Assembly (NCBI GenBank): GCA_012838035.1 | Contig: DUQB01000028.1 | Location: 52 to 64,051 of the forward strand | Direction: 5' to 3' | DNA: 64,000 bases | Source: Bacillota bacterium | GTDB taxonomy: Bacteria; Bacillota; Limnochordia; DTU080 | Part shown: one piece after another, positions 9,901 to 19,351 of the stretch | Numbering within the stretch: position 1 is the first letter of the stretch | How the letters are laid out: each line of letters starts with the position of its first letter | The notes under the pieces: model-generated | What the model saw: the letters and a program-made list of their open reading frames with translations, nothing else | Told to the model about the DNA's origin: nothing | Database searches by the model: none | Program-made: the position numbers and the translations under genes

Positions 9901-10732
9901 CGCGATGGAACTGACGCCCAAAGAACACATTCAGGTGCAAGCGGCAATTCAGCGTTGGACGGACTCTTCCATCAGCAAGACGGCCAATGCGCCTAACCAT
10001 TATACGATGGAGCAGACCAAGGAGCTGTATGAGTTCGCTTATCAGTCGGGTTGCAAAGGCGTCACCATCTACCGGGACGGCTCTCGAGACACACAGGTAC
10101 TTACCAAGATTGATGAAAAGAAAGAATCTGAAACAAGCCAGGCAACAACGGACGGTGCTGAGTCTATGGAAAGCGGCGCCCTAGGCGTGACGGAAGCGGC
10201 GCAGCAGTCTGTGGCGGCAACCAATGCCGACCAAGGTTGTGCGAACTTGATATGGACCGGACGGCCGCAGAAGCTGGAAGGCGCTACCTATGAATGGCCT
10301 ACGCCGCTGGGCAAGGCTTATATCACGGTGAATGAATGCAAAGGTGAGCCTATCGAGGTGTTCATCAACATCGGTAAAGCAGGTAGTGACATCGCAGCCA
10401 TGTCTGAAGCGCTAGGTCGCTTGGCCACCATGTTCCTGAAGCATGCCGGCATGAAGAGCTCCGACGAAAAAGTGGGCATGCTGGTAAAACAGTTATCGGA
10501 TATCGGCGGATCTACTTCAGTCGGTTTTGGCGCCAACCGGGTCAGTTCGGTGCCTGACGCTTTGGCCAAAACACTGAAGTTCCACGTAGAAGACAGCAAA
10601 CGTAGCCGCGGCATCGAGGTATATATCAGTTCAGGCAGCAGTATGGACATCTGTCCTACCTGCGGCGTCGCCGCACTTGCCCGAGAAGAAGGATGCTTCG
10701 TGTGTAAGGCTTGCGGATATAGCAAGTGTTGA
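6989..10732 (+). CDS. nrdJ: Class II adenosylcobalamin-dependent ribonucleotide reductase (NrdJ) containing an intein
   Basis: Motifs SAEPGVVFLERMNE and, after intein removal, NPCAEQPLPPWGVCNLGHINL (class II NPCGEQPL active site), plus a C-terminal Cys-rich tail. The start is most likely the ATG at 6989, preceded by AAGGAGGA; the track start is 6968. Confidence 0.9.
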   Translation: MLSHPPKSSAETAVDYVADDDRVQLEGISELVFLDRYAMKDPKKRFAVGDTVVVLVKEDPKFPQKEVGTVTAIDGDAVTVELKSTGEPFTQDRRKVDKPIELEPADMWDRMAQAIVEIEAPEKRAELVKEFRWLLGNFRFSPGGRINTMLGTGQNLTAYNCYVIPLKSNTNKGTDSRQAIVDTLGNMVEIMSRGGGVGINLSPLRPRLSYVSGVNGRSSGSVSWGALFSFATGLVEQGGSRRGALMLILEDWHPDLLEFITAKRDMDAITNANTSVAISHAFMQAVADDADWDLVFPDTTDPEYDALWDGNLRKWRDELGKPVKTYRTMKARQLWDTIMESAWMSAEPGVVFLERMNEYSNSWYFEQLISTNPCVTGDTLLYTAQGLRRADDLYFADTSLTVATDSRLSSESFVAASPVFATGIKPVYRLNTNEGYSLRLTADHQVLTENKGWVAARDLEPGDKILVQNRGGCFGQNGDLDTGRVLGWLVGSRATNSQQAVISYAKAAQTEREHAFGAALQGAMQSVNAHGLGGAAIDSTGVVTVAEGAASVEQSDRVRELRAEYDLSGDKPQVPEHVFTGTSDMQIGFLQALFSAAGHIETNDDDSCAVAEAVTLPSVSLELLRGVQQVLLNHGIFCRIDQDHQAAGETPPDTHLDKAPLPAVRHQLRITGKDLLRFSEVIGFLTSGKASRLASLPTYGGVEPHVSEEPFLAEFTDLVPDGEEMVYDVTVPTTHAFAANGLVVHNCAEQPLPPWGVCNLGHINLSRFVHGSIGTAQVDWESLRRAIHLGVRFLDNIIDITPYFFPQNEEVQKSERRVGMGTMGLGEMLVRLGIRYGSPESLTFIDKLYGFIAAEAYKASAYLAKEKGSFPKCDVEKYLQSRFIQGLPDDVRALIAEHGTRNVCVLTQAPTGSTGTMIGTSTGIEPYYSWTYWRKGRLGVKEVQERIVEEYFAEHPEVVPQLDELPPYFVTAMELTPKEHIQVQAAIQRWTDSSISKTANAPNHYTMEQTKELYEFAYQSGCKGVTIYRDGSRDTQVLTKIDEKKESETSQATTDGAESMESGALGVTEAAQQSVAATNADQGCANLIWTGRPQKLEGATYEWPTPLGKAYITVNECKGEPIEVFINIGKAGSDIAAMSEALGRLATMFLKHAGMKSSDEKVGMLVKQLSDIGGSTSVGFGANRVSSVPDALAKTLKFHVEDSKRSRGIEVYISSGSSMDICPTCGVAALAREEGCFVCKACGYSKC
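8108..9226 (+). mobile_element. Intein (373 codons) inserted at the catalytic Cys of the NrdJ NPC-x-EQ motif
   Basis: It begins CVTGDTLL (block A), has TADHQVLT (block B) and ends MVYDVTVPTTHAFAANGLVVHN followed by a +1 Cys. The internal LAGLIDADG-like motifs are degenerate (LGWLVGSRA, FLQALFSAAG). Confidence 0.85.
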
Positions 10733-10808
10733 GGTGCTGGAGTGCCGGTAGTATCCAATGATATGCCGGCGTGCCTGTTCATCCGGTAACAATGCAAACT
10801 GATATGTT

Positions 10809-10858
10809 AACGAACCAAGAGTATTGGCTTAGCCTGATTCTTGGTTCGTTTCTTATCC
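10809..10858 (+). terminator. Rho-independent terminator after nrdJ
   Basis: AACGAACCAAGA ... TCTTGGTTCGTT 12-bp stem followed by TCTTATCC. Confidence 0.6.
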
Positions 10859-10933
10859 GGCACTCTTCCCAGGTGTTGAAGCTGGTTATGAATGCTCGAA
10901 GTATATGCCGAAACCGAATCGGAGGTATTTGCA

Positions 10934-11044
10934 ATGATGGATAATCTAACGGATCATAATGTAGAGGTTCGTGCGCCCGTTGAGTATCCCCAAGATCGCT
11001 TGCTCAGCCGCAATGCCCGCAGTACTACACCTGGTTTTTATTAA
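10934..11044 (+). CDS. Candidate 36-codon small ORF (MMDNLTDHNVEVRAPVEYPQDRLLSRNARSTTPGFY) with a GGAGG RBS
   Basis: GGAGG at 10921-10925, 8 nt ahead of ATGATG. It lies in a 770-bp region with no ORF of 60 aa or more. The call is speculative. Confidence 0.2.
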   Translation: MMDNLTDHNVEVRAPVEYPQDRLLSRNARSTTPGFY

Positions 11045-11345
11045 AGGCCACTGCTGGCTAGCTCTATGTAGGGCAGCGAGATACTCCCGGTCTGCTGCAT
11101 TCTCTAAATGACACGTGAAAGCAGAAACCTGGTCTGCTCTTCATGCCGTGGAGCAAACGAGAGCTGAGAATCGTCCATAATGATTGCAGCTGATGATGGT
11201 GAGGCAAAACTTGCCAAGTATCGGCTTTTCCGCTTCAGTCTAGCCCCGCGCTTCCCAGAAAAGCCCAGCTCCAGGCACCTGCTTCATTTTGGACGATTCC
11301 AGGAGTGAGCCGGCTCATCCCAGATCCACTCAGATCAACTGCGCT

Positions 11346-11375
11346 AAAAAAGGGAGCATCAACTGTAATGCTCCC
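11346..11375 (-). terminator. Rho-independent terminator (minus strand) downstream of the 2-hydroxyacid dehydrogenase gene
   Basis: On the minus strand, GGGAGCAT-tacagttg-ATGCTCCC followed by TTTTTT. Confidence 0.7.
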
Positions 11376-11513
11376 TACCATCTACCAAATATGAATGCTG
11401 CTCCAAGCTTCTGAGCGCCTTTGCCTATCCTACGCTTTCTCATTAGCTCCAACGCGCCGCTCACCGATACGCCGGCTCGGTTGACAGCCACCGGCTTGCG
11501 TCACAACCGAAAC

Positions 11514-12479
11514 TTAGTATCCCCAATAGCGATCCACCAGATTCTCAAGAGGCTGACCTGCTAAAAAGCGAGGCAAATTTCTCATCACAATTTGTGCCAA
11601 CCGAGCGCCGTGCTGTGGAGTACTTCCCGCCACATGTGGGGTTATTATTACATTTGGCAAACGCCACAGATCACTTTCTACAGGTAGAGGTTCATCAGCA
11701 AACACGTCTAATCCGGCTCCTGCCGGTCTCCCTTCCCGCAAAGCCTGAATCAGCGCAGATTCATCTATAACGCTCCCGCGACCGATGTTATAGATATAGG
11801 AGCCGGGGCGCATCAAACTCAAGCGGCCGGCATCAATCATGTTCGTGGTGTGGACGGTACCGGGTAAGGTGACGACCACATGGTCTGACGACTCCAGCAA
11901 CCAATCCAACTCGCTTGCGTCTCTCAACTCATCGACGCACTCAGGCTTTATTCCGAGTGTTCTTTTCACCGCTATCACACGCATCCCGAAGGCTTTAGCC
12001 CGGCGCGCCACCTCAGTGCCGATGTCACCTAACCCCACAATCCCACAGGTACTGCCAAAAAGCTCTCCAAGAGTCATGTACCCCAGCCACGCACTTCTCT
12101 TTGCCGCATCCAATGCTTGCGGGATGCCGCGGGTAAATGCCAGCATCATGGCAAATACATGTTCGGCAATGGGTATGCCGAACACACCGCTCGCATTGGT
12201 AAGTATCACATGCGACGGCAACACGTCCACATAGCGATTCGCTCCGGCGCCGGCTATCTGCAACCAACGTAGGTTCCCAGCCTGTGGCAAATCCTCGACT
12301 CGCGGCCAACCGACAACAATGTGCGCTTCCCGCAATGCCTCATAATACCTCGCATCGCTGCGCTTCAGTTGGTCTATGCGCATCTGCGGCGCCAAAGCCT
12401 GTATCTGCCGTATCTGCTCTTGCGGCATACTGATTTGTACCAACATGCGTATCCCTTTTCCTAACAGTTCGCTCATCAT
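11514..12479 (-). CDS. NAD-dependent D-isomer-specific 2-hydroxyacid dehydrogenase (PGDH/GyaR-like)
   Basis: GIVGLGDIGTEVARRAKAFGMRV Rossmann motif and catalytic-domain signatures. The start is probably MMSELL (12479) or MLVQISM (12446); the track start is 12539. Confidence 0.8.
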   Translation of the reverse strand: MMSELLGKGIRMLVQISMPQEQIRQIQALAPQMRIDQLKRSDARYYEALREAHIVVGWPRVEDLPQAGNLRWLQIAGAGANRYVDVLPSHVILTNASGVFGIPIAEHVFAMMLAFTRGIPQALDAAKRSAWLGYMTLGELFGSTCGIVGLGDIGTEVARRAKAFGMRVIAVKRTLGIKPECVDELRDASELDWLLESSDHVVVTLPGTVHTTNMIDAGRLSLMRPGSYIYNIGRGSVIDESALIQALREGRPAGAGLDVFADEPLPVESDLWRLPNVIITPHVAGSTPQHGARLAQIVMRNLPRFLAGQPLENLVDRYWGY

Positions 12480-12699
12480 CCGACCTCCACCCTGTGGTAT
12501 GTCGCTGGGAACCAAACTATAAACCGGATTATATACCATAGTGCCGGTCTAGAACCAGCAAGCCGATACGAACTCTAAGCAACATGACGAACGAACGGCA
12601 AGCGCAACAGACGGAATGGGCCGCTAAACTCCATGTGTCTACTTAAGTCGCATAAGGTAAACGACCGACCTAAGCCGCTAGAACAACAGCATAATGACC

Positions 12700-14856
12700 C
12701 TACCTGCCCTTTTTCTTTCGCTGCCTGCGCGCCGCCTCCAACCGGTGAGGTAACGGTATGGGATCTTTCCCCAGCAATTGTAGTGAAACAGCAGCCACCA
12801 CCGCATAGGTCAACATATCGATAGCCACGATTTCCACCGCTCCGACGTGAGATACCACAATGAGCGCCAACGATGCAATCCGTACCAGAAAACACAGCAT
12901 AGTCAACCAACGTGTGCGCCGCCGTACGGACTTGCCCAACCTAATCATCCAAGGCAGATCAGCCAGATCATGATGCATATGCGCCAAGTGTCCGGCAGGG
13001 TTTTCTAGACAAACCGGACCAATGGCAATCCCTACATCAGCCTGATTCAGGATGTCTTGATCCTTCACGGCATCGCCGATAACACCGACATTAACCGGCT
13101 TGTTCTCCCACGAGCGAATAGCAGGTATCTCCTGTCCCATCAGTAAACTGACAGTACCTTCAGGATGCCCCGGCGCCCAAGCATTACGCCCATCGACGGC
13201 ATTGCCGTTCACCACGACTAACTTAACCGCCAGCTTGCGCAGTTGCGCATATGTATTCGGCCACGCTTGCCGATGAGGCTCGGTAATACCTATCGCACCG
13301 AGCAAATAGCCCCCGGCGGCGCAAAACACCGGCCTGCACTCTTGCTCCGTCAGCTTCTGCACAATACCTGCCGCGCTCGCCGTATCTATACCGTGGTTAT
13401 GCATAAAACGGGCGTTGCCCACAAGACACTTATGACCGTCAATAATGGCTGAAGTGCCTTCATTCACCTTACGCCTGCCGTCTTTGGCCTGAGGCAACGA
13501 CAGTCCTTCACGCTGCGCCGCACTGCATATGGCCGTAGCAACAGTATCGCCTCCGCCCGCCGCGTTCTCCACTGCGGCCGCCAGTGCCAAAAGCTCCATA
13601 GGTGAACAAGCTTTGGGCCGCACCGGCAAAACATCCGCCACAAACCGCCGTACCCTCCCAAATGTCGCATCCCACGCCAGGACAATTGTGCCCAGTCGCG
13701 CCATCTGCGGGATCACCCAACCAGCCCGGGGAATAAAACGCCGCCGAAAAGCCGCCCCGGTGGCAGCCACCAGGGGCAACTCCAGCGCTGCCACACACGC
13801 ACCTGGTAGCGAAAGAGCTAAGAAGGCCATTCCTTTCTACAGTGCTTGGCTAACGGTCACACCAAACACGAACGGTGCTCCGGCTGCGATCAAGACCGCC
13901 GTCAAACCCCACCAAAGCGACCACACACGCAATGTGCGTCCGAATGGACTCCGCCGCCACAATGGCACCATACCGTTTCGGCCCAACTGGACGGCTACAC
14001 CTAAAGTGTTCTCGTCTGCTCCGCTTGTCGGTTCCAGAATGAGTTCAGGCCCCAGGTTTACATCTCCGGCGTATACCTGTACTCCTACCTCCTTAGTGGT
14101 CGCCGGCAGATTATCCCATAGAGTGCTGACCAAAGCGCCTTCACTTAAGACGATCCCGTCACGAGGTACAATCGCTCCTGGTGCGACAGTGATCGTCTCA
14201 GGTGCCGGCTCTTGCTCACCACCTGGATCCTGCGCTACCTCACGATCTAATTTTTCGGAAGCCACAATTTCCTCTGCATCAGAATCTTCAAGAGTCGCTG
14301 CTGCTTCTGCCTCTCCAACCGTGTCCTCTTCCAGAGCAAAGAGTGCGCCTTTTCCCACATCGTCTGTTCGACTAACGGTAGAGACACGTTGCATTTGCCT
14401 CAATTGCTTCGCCAAGCTCTTCTTTGTCGGCCAATCTCCTCGCGCCAGCGTCTGCCACGCCGCCAAGGGCAACATGACCAACTCGTAGATGCGAGCACGC
14501 ATCACCGCGGTCAAAGTCCACATACTGAGCATTAGCGCGGCGTCATCGAGCCTACCTAGAGCCGCTGCTCCCGCTGCCGACAAGAAGGTAACCGCCCCCG
14601 CCTGCGCTTGACCCGTATTCAGCCAATACAACACTTGTCCGAGCGGCAGCCAAAGAGAAAACACAATCGCCGCCACCGGTAATAGCCAAGCATACTCCGG
14701 ATAACCCAGCTTTTCCGCCACTGCGTACTTGACTGCCAACACCAGAGCTAAGGATCCATATGCACCAATTGAGGCTACTCTTTGTACTCTACGGGAATAT
14801 TGCCCGACTGGTTGCTTCGGCATCGAAAAAGTCTCTTGCATTTGCTTCGCCCCCAC
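12700..14856 (-). pseudogene. P1B-type (heavy-metal) P-type ATPase homologue with all catalytic motifs degenerate, split into two ORFs by a single in-frame TAG (13837-13839)
   Basis: The upstream ORF (13837..14856) aligns to the TM plus actuator domain (TGES replaced by WDNL) and the downstream ORF (12700..13830) to TM6 plus the P/N domains (CPC->CVA, DKTGT->DATFG, SEHPL->AGGGDT, GDGxNDxP->GDAVKDQD, with ADVGIAIG retained). Both ORFs are in the same frame, separated by TAG-AAA-GGA-ATG. Confidence 0.5.
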
Positions 14857-15111
14857 CGCGACACAACGCCATACGTACGTCTAGCGCACTTTGGGTACAT
14901 TCATGAAAAAGGGGGCTTCCTCCTGCGTCGTTTTCTACTGCTTCATTGTTCCCCAGGCAGGAGATTTTGCATAGCTCACGAAGCAGTGCGGCAAACACTC
15001 GATTTCCTGCTGTAGCATGGGCGCCGAGTCGCTTCAGCTTCAGGGAACATGCCGTACATAACGCACGCGTCGTGTGGGTTACATACGGAGGCGCATCTTA
15101 TGCGAGAACCA

Positions 15112-15141
15112 TTACCATTCAGCTGTAGAGAGTGGTATAAT
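15112..15141 (+). promoter_or_regulatory. Candidate sigma-A promoter for nadB-nadC with an extended -10 (TTACCA-18-TGgTATAAT)
   Basis: TTACCA at 15112-15117 and TGGTATAAT at 15133-15141, about 120 nt upstream of nadB. Confidence 0.4.
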
Positions 15142-15264
15142 GCCTCAGGAGCAGGTTAGTCGCAACCCTGCCTACATTAAATGCCGTCTGAATACCTTGG
15201 CATCAATAGAGCCTGAGCGTAAAAGACTATTTCAGGACGATTATAGACAGGATGGTCCTTCGGG

Positions 15265-16872
15265 ATGGAAGAGTTCAAAACTGATTTTCTGGTCATCGGT
15301 AGCGGCGTTGCCGGACTGTATACGGCCATAAGGGCAGCTACCCATGGAAACGTCACGCTGGTAACCAAAGGCGAATTGCTGGAAAGCAACACATGGTATG
15401 CTCAAGGCGGGATTGCCGCTGCCCTGGGACGAGAAGACTCACCGCTCGCCCATCTACAAGACACCCTGCAAGCAGGCGCAGGTTTATGCGTAGAAGATGC
15501 GGTAGCGGTATTGGTAGCCGAAGGCCCGCATCGCATTTATGATCTGATCAATTTCGGCACCCATTTTGATCGCGATGCCTCGGGAGAGCTAGTGTTGGGC
15601 AAAGAAGCCGCCCACAGTATGCGCCGTATAGTGCACGCCCGCGGTGATGCCACAGGAGCCGAAGTAGCGGAATCACTGGCTGATTTTGCTGCCAGAACAG
15701 CTAATCTACGGATCCTACGAGGTCATTTGGCGTTAGAATTGCTGCTGACAGATGGATGTTGCGCAGGCGCCATATTACAATCACCCACAGGCGAGCTCAT
15801 ACACTGCGCTGCACGCGGTACGGTACTTGCTACCGGCGGTTGCGGCCAGCTTTACATGAACACAACCAACCCGGCAGTCGCTACAGGAGACGGCCTGGCA
15901 ATGGCCGCCAGGGCCGGCGCCACACTACTGGACATGGAATTCGTCCAATTTCATCCCACTGCCTTAAGCATAACCGAAAACCCCATGCCGTTGGTGTCGG
16001 AGGCCGTACGGGGCGAAGGCGCTCTGCTCGTCAACGAACAAGGCGAACGATTCATGCTCGCCATCCATAAGTGGGCTGAATTAGCACCCCGCGACATTGT
16101 CGCGCGAGCCATCTTTCATCAGATGCAACAAGGACATCGTGTATATTTGGATGCAACGCATTTGGGCGAACGATTTCCCGTCCGCTTTCCTAACATATTT
16201 CATCTCTGCCGCGAGCGCGGGGTTGATCCTCGCAAAGAACTGATCCCGGTAGCGCCGGCTGCCCACTTCATGATGGGCGGCGTACAGACGAATACGGAAG
16301 GGCGAACTTCGGTCCCTCACCTTTATGCATGCGGCGAAGTAGCTTGCACGGGAGTGCACGGAGCCAATCGTCTGGCCAGCAACTCTTTGCTGGAAGGGAT
16401 GGTCTTTGCGGAACGCGTGGCGCAATCACTTAAAGAGTTGCCTGATCTAGACTCACAGACCAGCAAGGCCGTTCCAGCCGCAAAACCGGCCATACAACCG
16501 TCTGCTGCTGAACACACTGAAACCGAGCGGCTAGCTCAACGTATTCGCTCCATCATGTGGGAATATGCCGGTATTGTGCGTTCCGGTACGGGCTTGAAGC
16601 AAGCTCAAGCGGAACTAGCGCAAATAAGGCAACATCCACTTGCACAAACATACCCTGTTGCCAACATGTGCTTGGTGGCGGAACAAATAGTGACAGCCGC
16701 TCTCACTCGTCAGGAGAGCCGAGGCGGTCACTTTCGCCAGGACTATCCGCAAGAGGATTCGTATTGGGCGGATAAACGAGTCGCCCTGACTCCTGACGGA
16801 GCACATGTGGTCAATTTGACGTATCAGCATGCTAAAGCAGCGCAAACCCTCCAGAGCTCATGCAAGAAATAA
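15265..16872 (+). CDS. nadB: L-aspartate oxidase
   Basis: FAD-binding DFLVIGSGVAGL N-terminus with a succinate dehydrogenase/fumarate reductase flavoprotein-like fold, adjacent to nadC. Confidence 0.9.
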   Translation: MEEFKTDFLVIGSGVAGLYTAIRAATHGNVTLVTKGELLESNTWYAQGGIAAALGREDSPLAHLQDTLQAGAGLCVEDAVAVLVAEGPHRIYDLINFGTHFDRDASGELVLGKEAAHSMRRIVHARGDATGAEVAESLADFAARTANLRILRGHLALELLLTDGCCAGAILQSPTGELIHCAARGTVLATGGCGQLYMNTTNPAVATGDGLAMAARAGATLLDMEFVQFHPTALSITENPMPLVSEAVRGEGALLVNEQGERFMLAIHKWAELAPRDIVARAIFHQMQQGHRVYLDATHLGERFPVRFPNIFHLCRERGVDPRKELIPVAPAAHFMMGGVQTNTEGRTSVPHLYACGEVACTGVHGANRLASNSLLEGMVFAERVAQSLKELPDLDSQTSKAVPAAKPAIQPSAAEHTETERLAQRIRSIMWEYAGIVRSGTGLKQAQAELAQIRQHPLAQTYPVANMCLVAEQIVTAALTRQESRGGHFRQDYPQEDSYWADKRVALTPDGAHVVNLTYQHAKAAQTLQSSCKK

Positions 16873-16917
16873 TAGTAGATCCACAACGTCTAGGCAGACA
16901 GCTTTTGCGTAAGAGGA

Positions 16918-17766
16918 GTGCTAAGCTCAATGAATCCTATTTGGCTGGAAAACACTGTGCGCGCCGCACTACATGAAGATATCGGCTATGGTGATATTAC
17001 AACCGAAGCCATAGTCCCCCCAGAGGCAAAAGCCACCGCGAAAATTATCGCCAAGGCTACCGGTTGCATTGCCGGCAACGACGCGGCCAAACTAGCCTTT
17101 CAGCTACTAGATAACCAAATTAACTACCAAGTCGTCGCAACAGACGGTAGCGAAGTAGTCCACGGCGATATGGTAGCGCGCATCACGGGCTCGGCAGCAG
17201 CCATTTTGTCCGGCGAACGCGTAGCTCTCAACTTCATGCAGCGTATGAGCGGTACGGCCACAGCCACCCGACAAGCTGTGAAAGCTGCCGCTCCTTACGG
17301 CACGCGCATTGTAGACACTCGCAAAACCACCCCTGGCTTACGCGCTCTAGAGAAGTATGCCGTACGGGTGGGTGGCGGCCTGAATCATCGCATCGGCTTA
17401 GATGACGCCGTGCTGATCAAAGAGAACCATATCGCCGTAGCAGGCGGCATTGTCCCGGCAGTTGAGCGAGTGCGGGCTAGAGTCGGGCATATGGTGAAGC
17501 TCGAGGTGGAAGTAGAGCATTTCGATCAGATTGATGAAGCGCTCCAAGCAGGAGTTGACGCTATTCTCCTGGACAACATGGATCCGGCGACCATGCGTCG
17601 AGCCGTATTACATATCAATAAGCGAGTAATCGTAGAAGCTTCAGGGAGCATTTCACCCGACCAGATAGCTGAAGTGGCCGCCACAGGCGTAGATATCATC
17701 TCCATGGGACGGCTTACTCATTCCAGTCCGGCGCTGGACTTGAGCTTGCTGATCGAAATCGACTGA
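16918..17766 (+). CDS. nadC: Nicotinate-nucleotide pyrophosphorylase (quinolinate phosphoribosyltransferase)
   Basis: 282-aa QPRTase-like sequence (RIVDTRKTTPGLR motif). Confidence 0.9.
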   Translation: MLSSMNPIWLENTVRAALHEDIGYGDITTEAIVPPEAKATAKIIAKATGCIAGNDAAKLAFQLLDNQINYQVVATDGSEVVHGDMVARITGSAAAILSGERVALNFMQRMSGTATATRQAVKAAAPYGTRIVDTRKTTPGLRALEKYAVRVGGGLNHRIGLDDAVLIKENHIAVAGGIVPAVERVRARVGHMVKLEVEVEHFDQIDEALQAGVDAILLDNMDPATMRRAVLHINKRVIVEASGSISPDQIAEVAATGVDIISMGRLTHSSPALDLSLLIEID

Positions 17767-17867
17767 ATGATATAGGTTTAGGTAGCAGCATGCACTAAAG
17801 GACACTCCGGTCACCACGCATCTTGCGCCGTAGGTAGGGTTATACTCCTATAGAGACGAGGTAGCCT

Positions 17868-19343
17868 ATGCAATTAACTCAACTTCTGGCCGCATTGCGG
17901 GTAAAGCGTATAGTAGGTAACGCAGAGTTGGAGATAACCGGGTTCGCCATAGATTCCCGGCAGGTACGGCCCGGCAACATATATGTTGTTCTCACCGAAC
18001 CGGAGTTACAAGACCGCACGCAGTTTATCGGCGCTGCCATTGAGGCCGGGGCCGTCGCCGTTCTGCTAAACGAAGAGAGAACCGACATCCCCGCTCATAT
18101 CACACAGGTGATCGTACCGGAAACTCAAATCGCCTCCGCCTACTTGGCAGCGCGGTTTTACGACCACCCGGCTGAGGAATTGGCCCTCATCGGCATTACG
18201 GGTACAAAAGGCAAAACAACCACGTCTTATCTGGTGCGTCACATACTCGAGAAAAACGGCGTGGCTACCGGAATTATCGGCACCACCGGGGCGGTTTACG
18301 GCGACTATGTCGAAAAAGGCAACACTACGCCGCATGCCGTCAAGTTGCAACGTATTCTACGCCAAATGGCAAACCTAGGCTGTCAAGCCGTATCCATGGA
18401 AGTATCCTCTCATGCTCTTCGTTTGCATCGTGTCGCCGGTCTAGCGTTCAACACGGCGGTATTTACGAACATCGGCAGCGATCACATGAATTTCCACGCC
18501 GGCATGGCCGATTATGTCCAAGCTAAAAGCCTGCTTCTCGGCAAAGTCACAAACGGCGTCTGCGTATTGAACGCCGATGACCGCCATTTTGCCCGGATGC
18601 TGCTCAGCGTAGGCGCTGAATGGCTGACCTACGGCCTGGAAGAAGACGCAAGCCTGCAGGCCGTAGACATTGCCCACGCTGCCGACGGGACATATTTTCG
18701 CCTTATCTCACCTTATGGTGAATACACTGTGAACACCCGCTTAGTGGGCTTGTTTAACGTTTACAACAGCCTGGCGGCCATAGGCGCCGCCTTGGGTATG
18801 GGCATTTCACCGGAAGCGGCCATTTCCGCCATAGCCGACTTTGAAGGCGTATCCGGGCGCATGGAATCCATCGATACCAACGAATTGGGATTTGGCGTGT
18901 ATGTCGATTATGCCCACACACCCGAAAGTATGGAAAACGTATTGCAGACCTTGGCAGCGGCTCGCCCGCCTCGACTGATTACCGTCTTCGGCGCCGGAGG
19001 AGACCGTGATCGCGCCAAAAGACCGCGAATGGCTGTTGTGGCAGCGCGCTACTCTACGCATACGATCGTTACATCCGACAATCCGCGCACGGAGAATCCA
19101 CAGCAGATCCTGGCGGACATCATCCAAGGATTTGCCGAGGTCGGCGTCAATGAGTCGCGCTATAGCGTCATCGCTGATCGTAAGGAAGCCATATGGCAAG
19201 CGATTGATATGGCTCGGGCAGGCGATATGGTCATCATCCTGGGTAAAGGCGATGAAACCTACCAAGAAATAAACCATGTGCGCTATCCTTTTGATGACCG
19301 CGAGGTTGCTCGCCAGGCATTGCGACAAAGGCGCCAATGTTAG
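17868..19343 (+). CDS. murE: UDP-N-acetylmuramoyl-L-alanyl-D-glutamate--2,6-diaminopimelate ligase
   Basis: GITGTKGKTTT P-loop, Mur ligase middle and C-terminal domains, 491 aa. Confidence 0.9.
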   Translation: MQLTQLLAALRVKRIVGNAELEITGFAIDSRQVRPGNIYVVLTEPELQDRTQFIGAAIEAGAVAVLLNEERTDIPAHITQVIVPETQIASAYLAARFYDHPAEELALIGITGTKGKTTTSYLVRHILEKNGVATGIIGTTGAVYGDYVEKGNTTPHAVKLQRILRQMANLGCQAVSMEVSSHALRLHRVAGLAFNTAVFTNIGSDHMNFHAGMADYVQAKSLLLGKVTNGVCVLNADDRHFARMLLSVGAEWLTYGLEEDASLQAVDIAHAADGTYFRLISPYGEYTVNTRLVGLFNVYNSLAAIGAALGMGISPEAAISAIADFEGVSGRMESIDTNELGFGVYVDYAHTPESMENVLQTLAAARPPRLITVFGAGGDRDRAKRPRMAVVAARYSTHTIVTSDNPRTENPQQILADIIQGFAEVGVNESRYSVIADRKEAIWQAIDMARAGDMVIILGKGDETYQEINHVRYPFDDREVARQALRQRRQC

Positions 19344-19351
19344 CTATACCC

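Noticed and set aside
13529-14488. 319-aa plus-strand ORF across the ATPase-like locus
   Set aside because: The translation is S/A/P/T/R-rich low complexity, typical of the antisense frame of a GC-rich gene. The minus-strand frames carry recognisable P-type ATPase blocks.
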